Both the position numbers and the translations under genes were made by a program. This document shows positions 15,633 through 29,124 of a DNA stretch of 64,000 nucleotides, one piece after another. Numbering within the stretch: position 1 is the stretch's first letter; each line of letters opens with the position of its first letter. Under the pieces are notes generated by a model. It did no database searches. It worked only from the letters and a program-made list of their open reading frames with translations, and had not been told where the DNA came from. The stretch is from assembly GCF_009914755.1 (NCBI RefSeq), contig NC_060938.1. One strand, given 5' to 3'. This DNA is from the human T2T-CHM13v2.0 reference genome, Homo sapiens.

Positions 15633-16817
15633 GAAATTAATTAATTCATTAATTCTTTTCCCTGCTGACGGACATTTGCAGGCAGGCATCGGTTGTCTTC
15701 GGGCATCACCTAGCGGCCACTGTTATTGAAAGTCGACGTGACACGGAGGGAGGTCTCGCCGACTTCACCGAGCCTGGGGCAACGGGTTTCTCTCTCTCCC
15801 TTCTGGAGGCCCCTCCCTCTCTCCCTCGTTGCCTAGGGAACCTCGCCTAGGGAACCTCCGCCCTGGCGGGGGCCCTATTGTTCTTTGATCGGCGCTTTAC
15901 TTTTCTTTGTGTTTTGGCGCCTAGACTCTTCTACTTGGGCTTTGGGAAGGGTCAGTTTAATTTTCAAGTTGCCCCCCGGCTCCCCCCACTACCCACGTCC
16001 CTTCACCTTAATTTAGTGAGTCGGTTAGGTGGGTTTCCCCCAAACCGCCCCCCCCCCCCCCCCGCCTCCCAACACCCTGCTTGGAAACCTTCCAGAGCCA
16101 CCCCGGTGTGCCTCCGTCTTCTCTCCCCTTCCCCCACCCCTTGCCGGCGATCTCATTCTTGCCAGGCTGACATTTGCATCGGTGGGCGTCAGGCCTCACT
16201 CGGGGGCCACCGTTTTTGAAGATGGGGGCGGCACGGTCCCACTTCCCCGGAGGCAGCTTGGGCCGATGGCATAGCCCCTTGACCCGCGTGGGCAAGCGGG
16301 CGGGTCTGCAGTTGTGAGGCTTTTCCCCCCGCTGCTTCCCGCCTCAGGCCTCCCTCCCTAGGAAAGCTTCACCCTGGCTGGGTCTCGGTCACCTTTTATC
16401 ACGATGTTTTAGTTTCTCCGCCCTCCGGCCAGCAGAGTTTCACAATGCGAAGGGCGCCACGGCTCTAGTCTGGGCCTTCTCAGTACTTGCCCAAAATAGA
16501 AACGCTTTCTGAAAACTAATAACTTTGCTCACTTAAGATTTCCAGGGACGGCGCCTTGGCCCGTGTTTGTTGGCTTGTTTTGTTTCGTTCTGTTTTGTTT
16601 TGTTCGTGTTTTTCCTTTCTCGTATGTCTTTCTTTTCAGGTGAAGTAGAAATCCCCAGTTTTCAGGAAGACGTCTATTTTCCCCAAGACACGTTAGCTGC
16701 CGTTTTTTCCTGTTGTGAACTAGCGCTTTTGTGACTCTCTCAACGTGCAGTGAGAGCCGGTTGATGTTTACTATCCTTCATCATGACATCTTATTTTCTA
16801 GAAATCCGTAGGCGAAT

Positions 16818-16905
16818 GCTGCTGCTGCTCTTGTTGCTGTTGTTGTTGTTGTTGTTGTCGTCGTTGCTGTTGTCGTTGTCGTTGTTGTTGTCGTTGTCGT
16901 TGTTT
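16818..16905. repeat. Mixed (GCT)/(GTT)/(GTC) trinucleotide repeat
   Basis: Direct observation. Confidence 0.9.
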
Positions 16906-16979
16906 TCAAAGTATACCCCGGCCACCGTTTATGGGATCAAAAGCATTATAAAATATGTGTGATTATTTCTTGAGCACGC

Positions 16980-17575
16980 CCTTCCTCCCCCTCTCTCTGT
17001 CTCTCTGTCTGTCTCTGTCTCTCTCTTTCTCTGTCTGTCTTCTCTCTCTCTCTCTCTGTGTCTCTCTCTCTCTGCCTGTCTGTTTCTCTCTCTCTGCCTC
17101 TCTCTCTCTCTCTCTCTCTGCCTGTCTCTCTCACTGTGTCTGTCTTCTGTCTTACTCCCTTTCTCTGTCTGTCTGTCGGTCTCTCTCTCTCTCTCTCCCT
17201 GTCTGTATGTTTCTCTCTGTCTCTGTCTCTCTCTCTCTTTCTGTTTCTCTCTCTCCGTCTCTGTCTTTCTCTGACTGTCTCTCTCTTTCCTTCTCTCTGT
17301 CTCTCTCTGCCTGTCTCTCTCACTCTGTCTTCTGTCTTACTCTCTCTCTCTGCCTGCCTGTCTCTCTCACTCTCTCTCTCTGTGTGTCTCTCTCTCTCTT
17401 TCTGTTTCTCTCTGTCTCTCTGTCCGTCTCTGTCTTTCTCTGTCTGTCTCTTTGTCTGTCTGTCTTTGTCTTTCCTTCTCTCTGTCTCTGTCTCTCTCAC
17501 TGTGTCTGTCTTCTGTCTTAGTCTCTCTCTCTCTCTCTCCCTGTCTGTCTGTCTCTCTCTCTCTCTCCCCCTGTC

Positions 17576-17618
<43 letters not shown>

Positions 17619-18173
17619 TTGTCTTTCTTTCTGTCTCTGTCTCTCTCTCTCTCTCTGTGTGTCTGTCTTCTGTCTTACTGTCTTTCTCTGCCTGTCTGTC
17701 TGTCTGTCTCTCTCTGTCTGTCTCTCTCTCTCTCTCCCCCCTGTCGGCTGTTTCTCTGTCTCTGTCTGTGTCTCTCTTTCTGTCTGTTTCTCTCTGTCTG
17801 TCTTTCTCTCTCTGTCTCTTTCTCTCTGTCTCTCTGTCTGTCTCTGTCTCTCTCTCTGTCTCTCTCTCTCTGTGGGGGTGTGTGTGTGTGTGTGTATGTG
17901 TGTGTGTGTGTGTGTGTGTGTCTGCCTTCTGTCTTACTCTCTTTCTCTGCCTGTCTGTCTGCCTGTCTGTTTGTCTCTCTCTCTCTGCCTGTCTCTCTCC
18001 CTTCCTGTCTGTTTCTCTCTCTTTCTGTTTCTCTCTGTCTCTGTCCATCTCTGTCTTTCTCCGTCTGTCTCTTTATCTGTCTCTCTCCGTCTGTCTCTTT
18101 ATCTGTCTCTCTCTCTCTTTCTGTCTTTCTCTCTCTGTGTATCGTTGTCTCTCTCTGTCTGTCTCTGTCTCTG

Positions 18174-18206
<33 letters not shown>

Positions 18207-18270
18207 GTCTGTCTGTCCGTCTGTCTGTCTCGGTCTCTGGCTCTCGCTATCTCCCGCCCTCTCTTTTTTT
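16980..18270 (+). repeat. (CT/CTGT)n polypyrimidine block 3 with internal (TG)n at ~17877-17920
   Basis: Carries the same TCTTCTGTCTTACT anchor as blocks 1 and 2. Confidence 0.93.
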
Positions 18271-19549
18271 GCAAAAGAAGCTCAAGTACATCTAATCTAA
18301 TCCCTTACCAAGGCCTGAATTCTTCACTTCTGACATCCCAGATTTGATCTCCCTACAGAATGCTGTACAGAACTGGCGAGTTGATTTCTGGACTTGGATA
18401 CCTCATAGAAACTACATATGAATAAAGATCCAATCCTAAAATCTGGGGTGGCTTCTCCCTCGACTGTCTCGAAAAATCGTACCTCTGTTCCCCTAGGATG
18501 CCGGAAGAGTTTTCTCAATGTGCATCTGCCCGTGTCCTAAGTGATCTGTGACCGAGCCCTGTCCGTCCTGTCTCAAATATGTACGTGCAAACACTTCTCT
18601 CCATTTCCACAACTACCCACGGCCCCTTGTGGAACCACTGGCTCTTTGAAAAAAATCCCAGAAGTGGTTTTGGCTTTTTGGCTAGGAGGCCTAAGCCTGC
18701 TGAGAACTTTCCTGCCCAGGATCCTGTGTGACCAAAAGTGCCTCTGCTGGGAGCTGGGATCCTCGGGACCATGCTTGCTAGCGCTGGATGAGTCTCTGGA
18801 AGGACGCACGGGACTCCGCAAAGCTGACCTGTCCCACCGAGGTCAAATGGATACCTCTGCATTGGCCCGAGGCCTCCGAAGTACATCACCGTCACCAACC
18901 GTCACCGTCAGCATCCTTGTGAGCCTGCCCAAGGCCCCGCCTCCGGGGAGACTCTTGGGAGCCCGGCCTTCGTCGGCTAAAGTCCAAAGGGATGGTGACT
19001 TCCACCCACAAGGTCCCCACTGAACGGCGAAGATGTGGAGCGTAGGTCAGAGAGGGGACCAGGAGGGGAGACGTCCCGACAGGCGACGAGTTCCCAAGGC
19101 TCTGGCCACCCCACCCACGCCCCACGCCCCACGTCCCGGGCACCCGCGGGACACCGCCGCTTTATCCCCTCCTCTGTCCACAGCCAGCCCCACCCCACCA
19201 CGCAACCCACGCACACACGCTGGAGGTTCCAAAACCACACGGTGTGACTAGAGCCTGACGGAGCGAGAGCCCATTTCACGAGGTGGGAGGGGTGGGGGTG
19301 GGGTGGGTTGGGGGTTGTGGGGTCTGTGGCGAGCCCGATTCTCCCTCTTGGGTGGCTACAGGCTAGAAATGAATATCGCTTCTTGGGCGGAGGGGCTTCC
19401 TTAGGCCATCACCGCTTGCGGGACTACCTCTCAAACCCTCCCTTGAGGCCACAAAATAGATTCCACCCCACCCATCGACGTTTCCCCCGGGTGCTGGATG
19501 TATCCTGTCAAGAGACCTGAGCCTGACACCGTCGAATTAAACACCTTGA

Positions 19550-19760
<211 letters not shown>

Positions 19761-19832
19761 TCTTTCATTGGTTTTCACTGGAGATTCTAGATTCGAGCCA
19801 CACCTCATTCCGTGCCACAGAGAGACTTCTTT

Positions 19833-22800
19833 TTTTTTTTTTTTTTAAGCGCAACGCAACATGTCTGCCTTATTTGAGTGGCTTCCTATATCATTATAAT
19901 TGTGTTATAGATGAAGAAACGGTATTAAACACTGTGCTAATGATAGTGAAAGTGAAGACAAAAGAAAGGCTATCTATTTTGTGGTTAGAATAAAGTTGCT
20001 CAGTATTTAGAGCTACCTAAATACGTCAGCATTTACACTCTTCCTAGTAAAAGCTGGCCAATCTGAATAATCCTCCTTTAAACAAACACAATTTTTGATA
20101 GGGTTAAGATTTTTTTAAGAATGCGACTCCTGCAAAATAGCTGAACAGACGATACACATTTAAAAAAATAACAACACAAGGATCAACCAGACTTGGGAAA
20201 AAATCGAAAACCACACAAGTCTTATGAAGAACTGAGTTCTTAAAATAGGACGGAGAACGTAGCTATCGGAAGAGAAGGCAGTATTGGCAAGTTGATTGTT
20301 ACGTTGGTCAGCAGTAGCTGGCACTATCTTTTTGGCCATCTTTCGGGCAATGTAACTACTACAGCAAAATGAGATATGATCCATTAAACAACATATTCGC
20401 AAATCAAAAAGTGTTTCAGTAATATAATGCTTCAGATTTAGAAGCAAATCAAATGATAGAACTCCACTGCTGTAATAAGTCACCCCAAAGATCACCGTAT
20501 CTGACAAAATAACTACCACAGGGTTATGACTTCAGAATCATACTTTCTCTTGATATTTACTTATGTATGTATTTATTTTTTTTAATTTATTTCTCTTGAG
20601 ACGGCGTCTCGCTCTGTCGCCCAGGCTGGAGTGCGATGGTGTGATCTCGGCTCACTGCAACCGCCACCTCCCTGGGTTCAAGCGATTCTCCTGCCTCAGC
20701 CTCCCGAGTAGCTGGGACTACAGGTGCCCGCCACCACGCCCAGCTAATCTTTATACTTTTAATAGAGACGGGGTTTCACCGTGTCGGCCCGGATGGTCTC
20801 GATCTCTTGACCTCGTGACCCGCCCGCCTCGGCCTCCCAAAGTGCTGGGATGACAGGCGTGAGCCACTGAGCCCGGCCTTCTCTTGACGTTTAAACTATG
20901 AAGTCAGTCCAGAGAAACGCAATAAATGTCAACGGTGAGGATGGTGTTGAGGCAGAAGTAGGACCACACTTTTTCCTATCTTATTCAGTTGATAACAATA
21001 TGACCTAGGTAGTAATTTCCTATGTGCCTACTTATACACGAGTACAAAAGAGTAAAACAGAGAGACTGCTAAATTAAAGGGTACGTGAAGTTCTTCATAG
21101 TAACTCCGTAAACTGGAACACTGTCAAAAAGCAGCAGCTAGTGAATTGTTTCCATGTATTTTTCTATGATCCAATAAGTGAACTATGCTATTCCTTTCCA
21201 GTCTCCCAAGCACTTCTTGTCCCCATCACCACTTCGGTGCTCGAAGAAAAAGTAACAAATCAAGGAACACAACTAAAGAAACACACACACAAACCAAAGA
21301 CAACTACAGCGTCTGCAAAAGTTTGCTAGAAGACTGAAACTGTTGAGTATAAGGATCTGGTATTCTACGATCATGAGTTCACTTCAGAGTTTGTTCAAGA
21401 CATACGTTTCGTAAGGAAACATCTTAGTTAGAAGTTATTCAGCAGTAGGTACCATCCCTAAGTATTTTTCACCAAATTCGTGACAATAAAGAGCTATCTA
21501 ACCAGAAAAATTAGCGAGTACCGGCACCATCCATAGGGCTTTGTCTTTACGCTTCATTAGCACTTACCATGCCTTACAATGTCTAGGATTGACCCTGATA
21601 GCATTTCGAAAACAAGCTAATGCTTTGTCCAGTTCTTCAGTGAAGACAAGCTCACGCCCTAATGCGCTATAGGCATAAGCATCATTTGGATCCACTTCGA
21701 GAGTTCTCTGGAAGAATTGAATCGCAATATCGTGTTCCCGTTGCAGACCGAAACAGTTCCCTGCAGCACACCAGGCCTCTGGCTGGCGAATTTTTATCCA
21801 TGTCTGTGAAGTCTTTGGACAGAACTGAAAGAGCAACCTCTTTCGGAGGATGCCAAAGTGTTGTAGAGTAGATCTCCATGCCTTCGACTCTGTAATTCTC
21901 AATCCTCCTAACCTCTGAGAATTGTCTTTCAGCTTGCGTGGACTCTGAAAGTTTACAATAGGCCCTTCCGATTTGGCACAGTACCCAACCGGTATTGCAG
22001 TGGTGAGAAGCTAGATGGCTCAAGATGCTGATAGCTTCTTTGCCGTGGTAAGAACACAAAGCTAAATAACCTTTCCCCCTTTCACGAAGAAGGCTCATCA
22101 AGCCTTCCGCTGCTGCTTTTTGTAGATTAAAAGCCTGAATCTGAGGCGCGATTGCGGCTATTTTCCCTTCTGAAATGACGGAAGAGTCCAATTTTGTCAC
22201 TTCCAGGCTATCACTTATGTTCGGTGGAGTTATTGCTCCTTTATTAGTTTTACTTTTGGTTCTTCTGTTTGGGATTTTAGGTGGAAACTTCATTTTTAAT
22301 TTTCTCCTATTCTCCTCGGTTGTGGAGCTGTCACTAGTCAAGAGTCGTGAATTTCTTCGAGGCGGTGCATTTGGGGGAGATGCCATAGTGGGGCTCAATA
22401 CCTGAGGTGTTGCCCTTGTCGGCGGACCAGAACTTTGTGTTTTTGCAAGGACTGGAGTTACCTTTCGGCTCTTTCCCCTCTGCGAGAAGACAGACGGTGT
22501 TCCGGTTTGGCCGATTCTGGCAACAGGCTTTTTTGAAGGGGCTCCGGTGGATGGCACGTCAATGACAGACGGTGTCTCATACCAGTGCAGTTTTGTCAAT
22601 AGGGTCCGTCTCCGGGACTTGGGGTTTCTAATGGCAAAATGCCAACACTTGGGGTTAATGGACTAACAGCTGCTGGTCCTCCTAATAAACTTCGACCAGT
22701 TTTTGGTTTATGTTGAACCTGTTTAGATCATATGGAAGTTCCTGTTCCCAGTGGGACAGTATCAGGTGAAAGGACAGCTGAATCGATAGAAGACACTGGG

Positions 22801-23627
22801 GAGTCTGTATTCAAGGAGTACTTTGAATTGGAAGATTCTAAATTCCATCCGTTTCATTCGACGGTGTCCTGGGGTGTTTCCGTAAGAACGGTCTCGGGCT
22901 GTCTGTGACATAAACTAGGACGAGGTCCAAGTGTTGTGGCGCAACACTTGGACAGGCAGTTGCTAAAGCTCTCTAGAGAGGTGAATCAAAATGTTTGGTC
23001 AGGATCTGGCTTTTCCCCCCTATTTCACATCATGATTCAAAGGGACACCAGAGGAAAGGATTTCAACGAAGGCTCTTTTGGTCACATTCTGATCCTTTGG
23101 TAAGCCGATCTGTCTTGCAATATACATGTCCCGACGATGGAAGGGGAAAGCGAGCTGAATCACCAAACTCAGGAACGATAATATCATCGTGGCTTTTCTG
23201 CTTATGAAACACTCCACCCGATAAGATTTGATCCCCTTCTGCAAGCTTGCTGAGATCAACACAACATTTCGCAAGCAGGCATTTGCATTGCGGGGTAGTA
23301 CAACTGTGTCCTTTCAAGAGTCTATATGTTTTATAGGCCTTTCCTGAGCGGTAAGAACAGGTCGCCAGTAAGAACAAGGCTTCTTCTGAGTGTACTTCTG
23401 CATAAAGGCGTTCTGCGGGGGAAACCGCATCTCGGTAGGCATAGTGGTTTAGTGCTTGCCATATAGCAGCCTGGACGGGTCCCTGCAGCACCGCCATCCT
23501 CGAGGCTCAGGCCCACTTTCTGCAGTGCCACAGGCACCCCCCCCCCCCCCATAGCGGCTCCGGCCCGGCCAGCCTCGGCTCATTTAAAGGCACCAGCCGC
23601 CGTTACCGGGGGATGGGGGAGTCCGAG
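19833..23627 (-). pseudogene. CDC27P: CDC27 (APC3) processed pseudogene: 5'UTR, frameshifted N-terminal CDS (23497 to 21568), long 3' tail and poly(A)
   Basis: ORF pieces MAVLQGPVQAAIWQALNHYAYRD (23497-), PKIPNRRTKSKTNKG...QAFNLQKAAAEGLMSLLRE (22599-21682) and EAWCAAGNCFGLQREHDIAI (21902-21564) match CDC27. No introns in the CDS part. T17 at 19830-19846. Flanking 14/16 direct repeat at 19817-19832 and 23628-23643. Confidence 0.95.
20560..20878 (-). mobile_element. AluY/Sc-like element inside the CDC27 retrocopy tail
   Basis: ggatggtctcgatctcttgacctcgtga; TSD ttctcttgatattta (20545-20559) and ttctcttgacgttta (20879-20893). Confidence 0.9.
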
Positions 23628-24152
23628 ACAGAATGACTTCTTTATCCTGCTGACTCTGGAAAGCCCGGCGCCTTGTGATCCATTGCAAACCGAGAGTCAC
23701 CTCGTGTTTAGAACACGGATCCACTCCCAAGTTCAGTGGGGGGATGTGAGGGGTGTGGCAGGTAGGACGAAGGACTCTCTTCCTTCTGATTCGGTCTGCA
23801 CAGTGGGGCCTAGGGCTGGAGCTCTCTCCGTGCGGACCGCTGACTCCCTCTACCTTGGGTTCCCTCGGCCCCACCCTGGAACGCCGGGCCTTGGCAGATT
23901 CTGGCCCTTCCTGGCCCTTCAGTCGCTGTCAGAAACCCCATCTCATGCTCGGATGCCCCGAGTGACTGTGGCTCGCACCTCTCCGGAAACATTGGAAATC
24001 TCTCCTCTACGCGCGGCCACCTGAAACCACAGGAGCTCGGGACACACGTGCTTTCGGGAGAGAATGCTGAGAGTCTCTTGCCGACTCTCTCTTGACTTGA
24101 GTTCTTCGTGGGTGCGTGGTTAAGACGTAGTGAGACCAGATGTATTAACTCA

Positions 24153-24305
24153 GGCCGGGTGCTGGTGGCTCACGCCTGTAACCCCAACACTTTGGGAGGC
24201 CGAGGCCGTAGGATCCCTCGAGGAATCGCCTAACCCTGGGGAGGTTGAGGTTGCAGTGAGTGAGCCATAGTTGTGTCACTGTGCTCCAGTCTGGGCGAAA
24301 GACAG
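24153..24305 (+). mobile_element. Internally deleted Alu
   Basis: ggccgggtgctggtggctcacgcctgtaaccccaacactttgggaggccgagg...gaggttgcagtgagtgagcc. Confidence 0.8.
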
Positions 24306-24414
24306 AATGAGGCCCTGCCACAGGCAGGCAGGCAGGCAGGCAGGCAGAAAGACAACAGCTGTATTATGTTCTTCTCAGGGTAGGAAGCAAAAATAACAGA
24401 ATACAGCACTTAAT

Positions 24415-25300
<886 letters not shown>

Positions 25301-26101
25301 CCCCCCCTTTCCCCTTCCCCCGCTTGTCTTCCCGACAGACAGTTTCACGGCAGAGCGTTTGGCTGGCGTGCTTAAACTCATTCTAAATAGAAATTTGGGA
25401 CGTCAGCTTCTGGCCTCACGGACTCTGAGCCGAGGAGTCCCCTGGTCTGTCTATCACAGGACCGTACACGTAAGGAGGAGAAAAATCGTAACGTTCAAAG
25501 TCAGTCATTTTGTGATACAGAAATACACGGATTCACCCAAAACACAGAAAGCAGTCTTTTAGAAATGGCCTTAGCCCTGGTGTCCGTGCCAGTGATTCTT
25601 TTCGGTTTGGACCTTGACTGAGAGGATTCCCAGTCGGTCTCTCGTCTCTGGACGGAAGTTCCAGATGATCCGATGGGTGGGGGACTTAGGCTGCGTCCCC
25701 CCAGGAGCCCTGGTCGATTAGTTGTGGGGATCGCCTTGGAGGGCGCGGTGACCCACTGTGCTGTGGGAGCCTCCATCCTTCCCCCCACCCCCTCCCCAGG
25801 GGATCCCAATTCATTCCGGGCTGACACGCTCACTGGCAGGCGTCGGGCATCACCTAGCGGTCACTGTTACTCTGAAAACGGAGGCCTCACAGAGGAAGGG
25901 AGCACCAGGCCGCCTGCGCACAGCCTGGGGCAACTGTGTCTTCTCCACCGCCCCCGCCCCCACCTCCAAGTTCCTCCCTCCCTTGTTGCCTAGGAAATCG
26001 CCACTTTGACGACCGGGTCTGATTGACCTTTGATCAGGCAAAAACGAACAAACAGATAAATAAATAAAATAACACAAAAGTAACTAACTAAATAAAATAA
26101 G

Positions 26102-26247
26102 TCAATACAACCCATTACAATACAATAAGATACGATACGATAGGATGCGATAGGATACGATAGGATACAATACAATACGATACGATACAATACAATACAA
26201 TACAATACAATACAATACAATACAATACAATACAATACAATACAATA
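26102..26247. repeat. (CAATA)n pentanucleotide repeat with GATAC/GATAG interruptions
   Basis: Direct observation. Confidence 0.92.
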
Positions 26248-27081
<834 letters not shown>

Positions 27082-27353
27082 TTAACTTCATTTTATGTTA
27101 TTATCATGATTGATGTTTCGAGACGGAGTCTCGGAGGCCCGCCCTCCCTGGTTGCCCAGACAACCCCGGGAGACAGACCCTGGCTGGGCCCGATTGTTCT
27201 TCTCCTTGGTCAGGGGTTTCCTTGTCTTTCTTCGTGTCTTTAACCCGCGTGGACTCTTCCGCTCGGGTTTGACAGATGGCAGCTCCACTTTAGGCCTTGT
27301 TGTTGTTGGGGACTTTCCTGATTCTCCCCAGATGTAGTGAAAGCAGGTAGATT

Positions 27354-27383
27354 TGCCTTGCCTGGACTTGCCTGGCCTTGCCT
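27354..27383 (+). promoter_or_regulatory. RGC p53 response element
   Basis: TGCCTTGCCTGGACTTGCCTGGCCTTGCCT. GGACTTGCCT (27364-27373) is a perfect RRRCWWGYYY half-site, and this matches the classic ribosomal-gene-cluster p53 site as I recall it. Confidence 0.85.
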
Positions 27384-27416
27384 TTTCTTTCTTTCTTTCT
27401 TTATTACTTTCTCTTT

Positions 27417-27777
27417 TTCTTCTTCTTCTTCTTCTTCTTCTTCTTCTTCTTCTTCTTCTTCTTCTTCTTCTTCTTCTTCTTCTTCTTTTTTTTTTTGAGA
27501 CAGAGTTTCACTCTTGTTGCCCAGGCTAGAGGGCAATGGTGCGATCTCGGCTCACCGCACCCTCCGCCTCCCAGGTTCAAGCGATTCTCCTGCCTCAGCC
27601 TCCTGATTAGCTGGGATTACAGGCATGGGCCACCGTGCCTGGCTGATGTTTGTACTTTTAGTAGAGACGGTGTTTTTCCATGTTGGTCAGGCTGGTCTCC
27701 CACTCCCAACCTCAGGTGGTCCGCCTGCCTTAGCCTCCCAAAGTGCTGGGATGACAGGCGTGAGCCACCGCGCCCAG

Positions 27778-27778
<1 letters not shown>
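27417..27778 (-). mobile_element. AluS with tail expanded into (TTC)23 / (GAA)23
   Basis: TTC repeat 27417-27485, T run, then gagacagagtttcactcttgttgccc...gagccaccgcgcccagcc. Confidence 0.9.
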
Positions 27779-27826
<48 letters not shown>

Positions 27827-28473
27827 CGCTTGCTTGCTTGCTTTCGTGCTTTCTTGCTTTCCCGTTTTCTTGCTTTCTTTCTTTCTTTCGTTTCTTTCAT
27901 GCTTGCTTTCTTGCTTGCTTGCTTGCTTTCGTGCTTTCTTGCTTTCCTGTTTTCTTTTTCTTTCTTTCTTTCTTTCTTTCTTTTGTTTCTTTCTTGCTTG
28001 CTTTCTTGCTTGCTTGCTTGCTTTCGTGCTTTCTTGCTTTCCTGTTTTCTTTCTTTCTTTCTTTCTTTTGTTTCTTTCTTGCTTGCTTTCTTGCTTGCTT
28101 GCTTTCGTGCTGTCTTGTTTTCTCGATTTCTTTCTTTCTTTTGTTTCTTTCCTGCTTGCTTTCTTGCTTGATTGCTTTCGTGCTTTCTTGCTTTCTTGTT
28201 TTCTTTCTTTCTTTTGTTTCTTTCTTTCTTGCTTCCTTGTTTTCTTGCTTTCTTGCTTGCTTGCTTTCGTGCTTTCTTGTTTTCTTGCTTTCTTTCTTTT
28301 GTTTCTTTCTTGCTTGCTTTCTTGCTTCCTTGTTTTCTTGCTTTCTTGCTTGCTTGCTTTCGTGCTTTCTTTCTTGCTTTCTTTTCTTTCTTTCTTTTCT
28401 TTTTCTTTCTTTCTTGCTTTCTTTTCTTTCATTCATTCATTCTTTCTTTCTTTCCTTTCTTTCTTTCTTTCTT

Positions 28474-28516
<43 letters not shown>

Positions 28517-28525
28517 GTTTCGTCC
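27779..28525 (+). repeat. (CT)n, then a ~85 bp-unit (TGCT/CTTT) minisatellite, then (CTTT)n
   Basis: Anchor GCTTTCGTGCT at 27840, 27925, 28020, 28101, 28174, 28263 and 28356. Confidence 0.88.
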
Positions 28526-28526
28526 T

Positions 28527-28818
<292 letters not shown>

Positions 28819-29124
28819 CTGTTGACTCATTTCGCTTTTTTATTTCTTTCGTTTCCACGCGTTTACTTATATGTATTAATGTAAACGTTTCTGTACGCTT
28901 ATATGCAAACAACGACAACGTGTATCTCTGCATTGAATACTCTTGCGTATGGTAAATACGTATCGGTTGTATGGAAATAGACTTCTGTATGATAGATGTA
29001 GGTGTTTGTGTTATACAAATAAATACACATCGCTCTATAAAGAAGGGATCGTCGATAAAGACGTTTATTTTACGTATGAAAAGCGTCGTATTTATGTGTG
29101 TAAATGAACGAGCGTACGTAGTTA

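Noticed and set aside
20160-20519. 119 aa minus-strand ORF in the retrocopy tail
   Set aside because: No recognisable homology and a non-ATG start; it lies in presumed intron-derived sequence.
24320-24346. (CAGG)n as a second p53 site
   Set aside because: It lacks the CWWG core; a simple tetranucleotide repeat.
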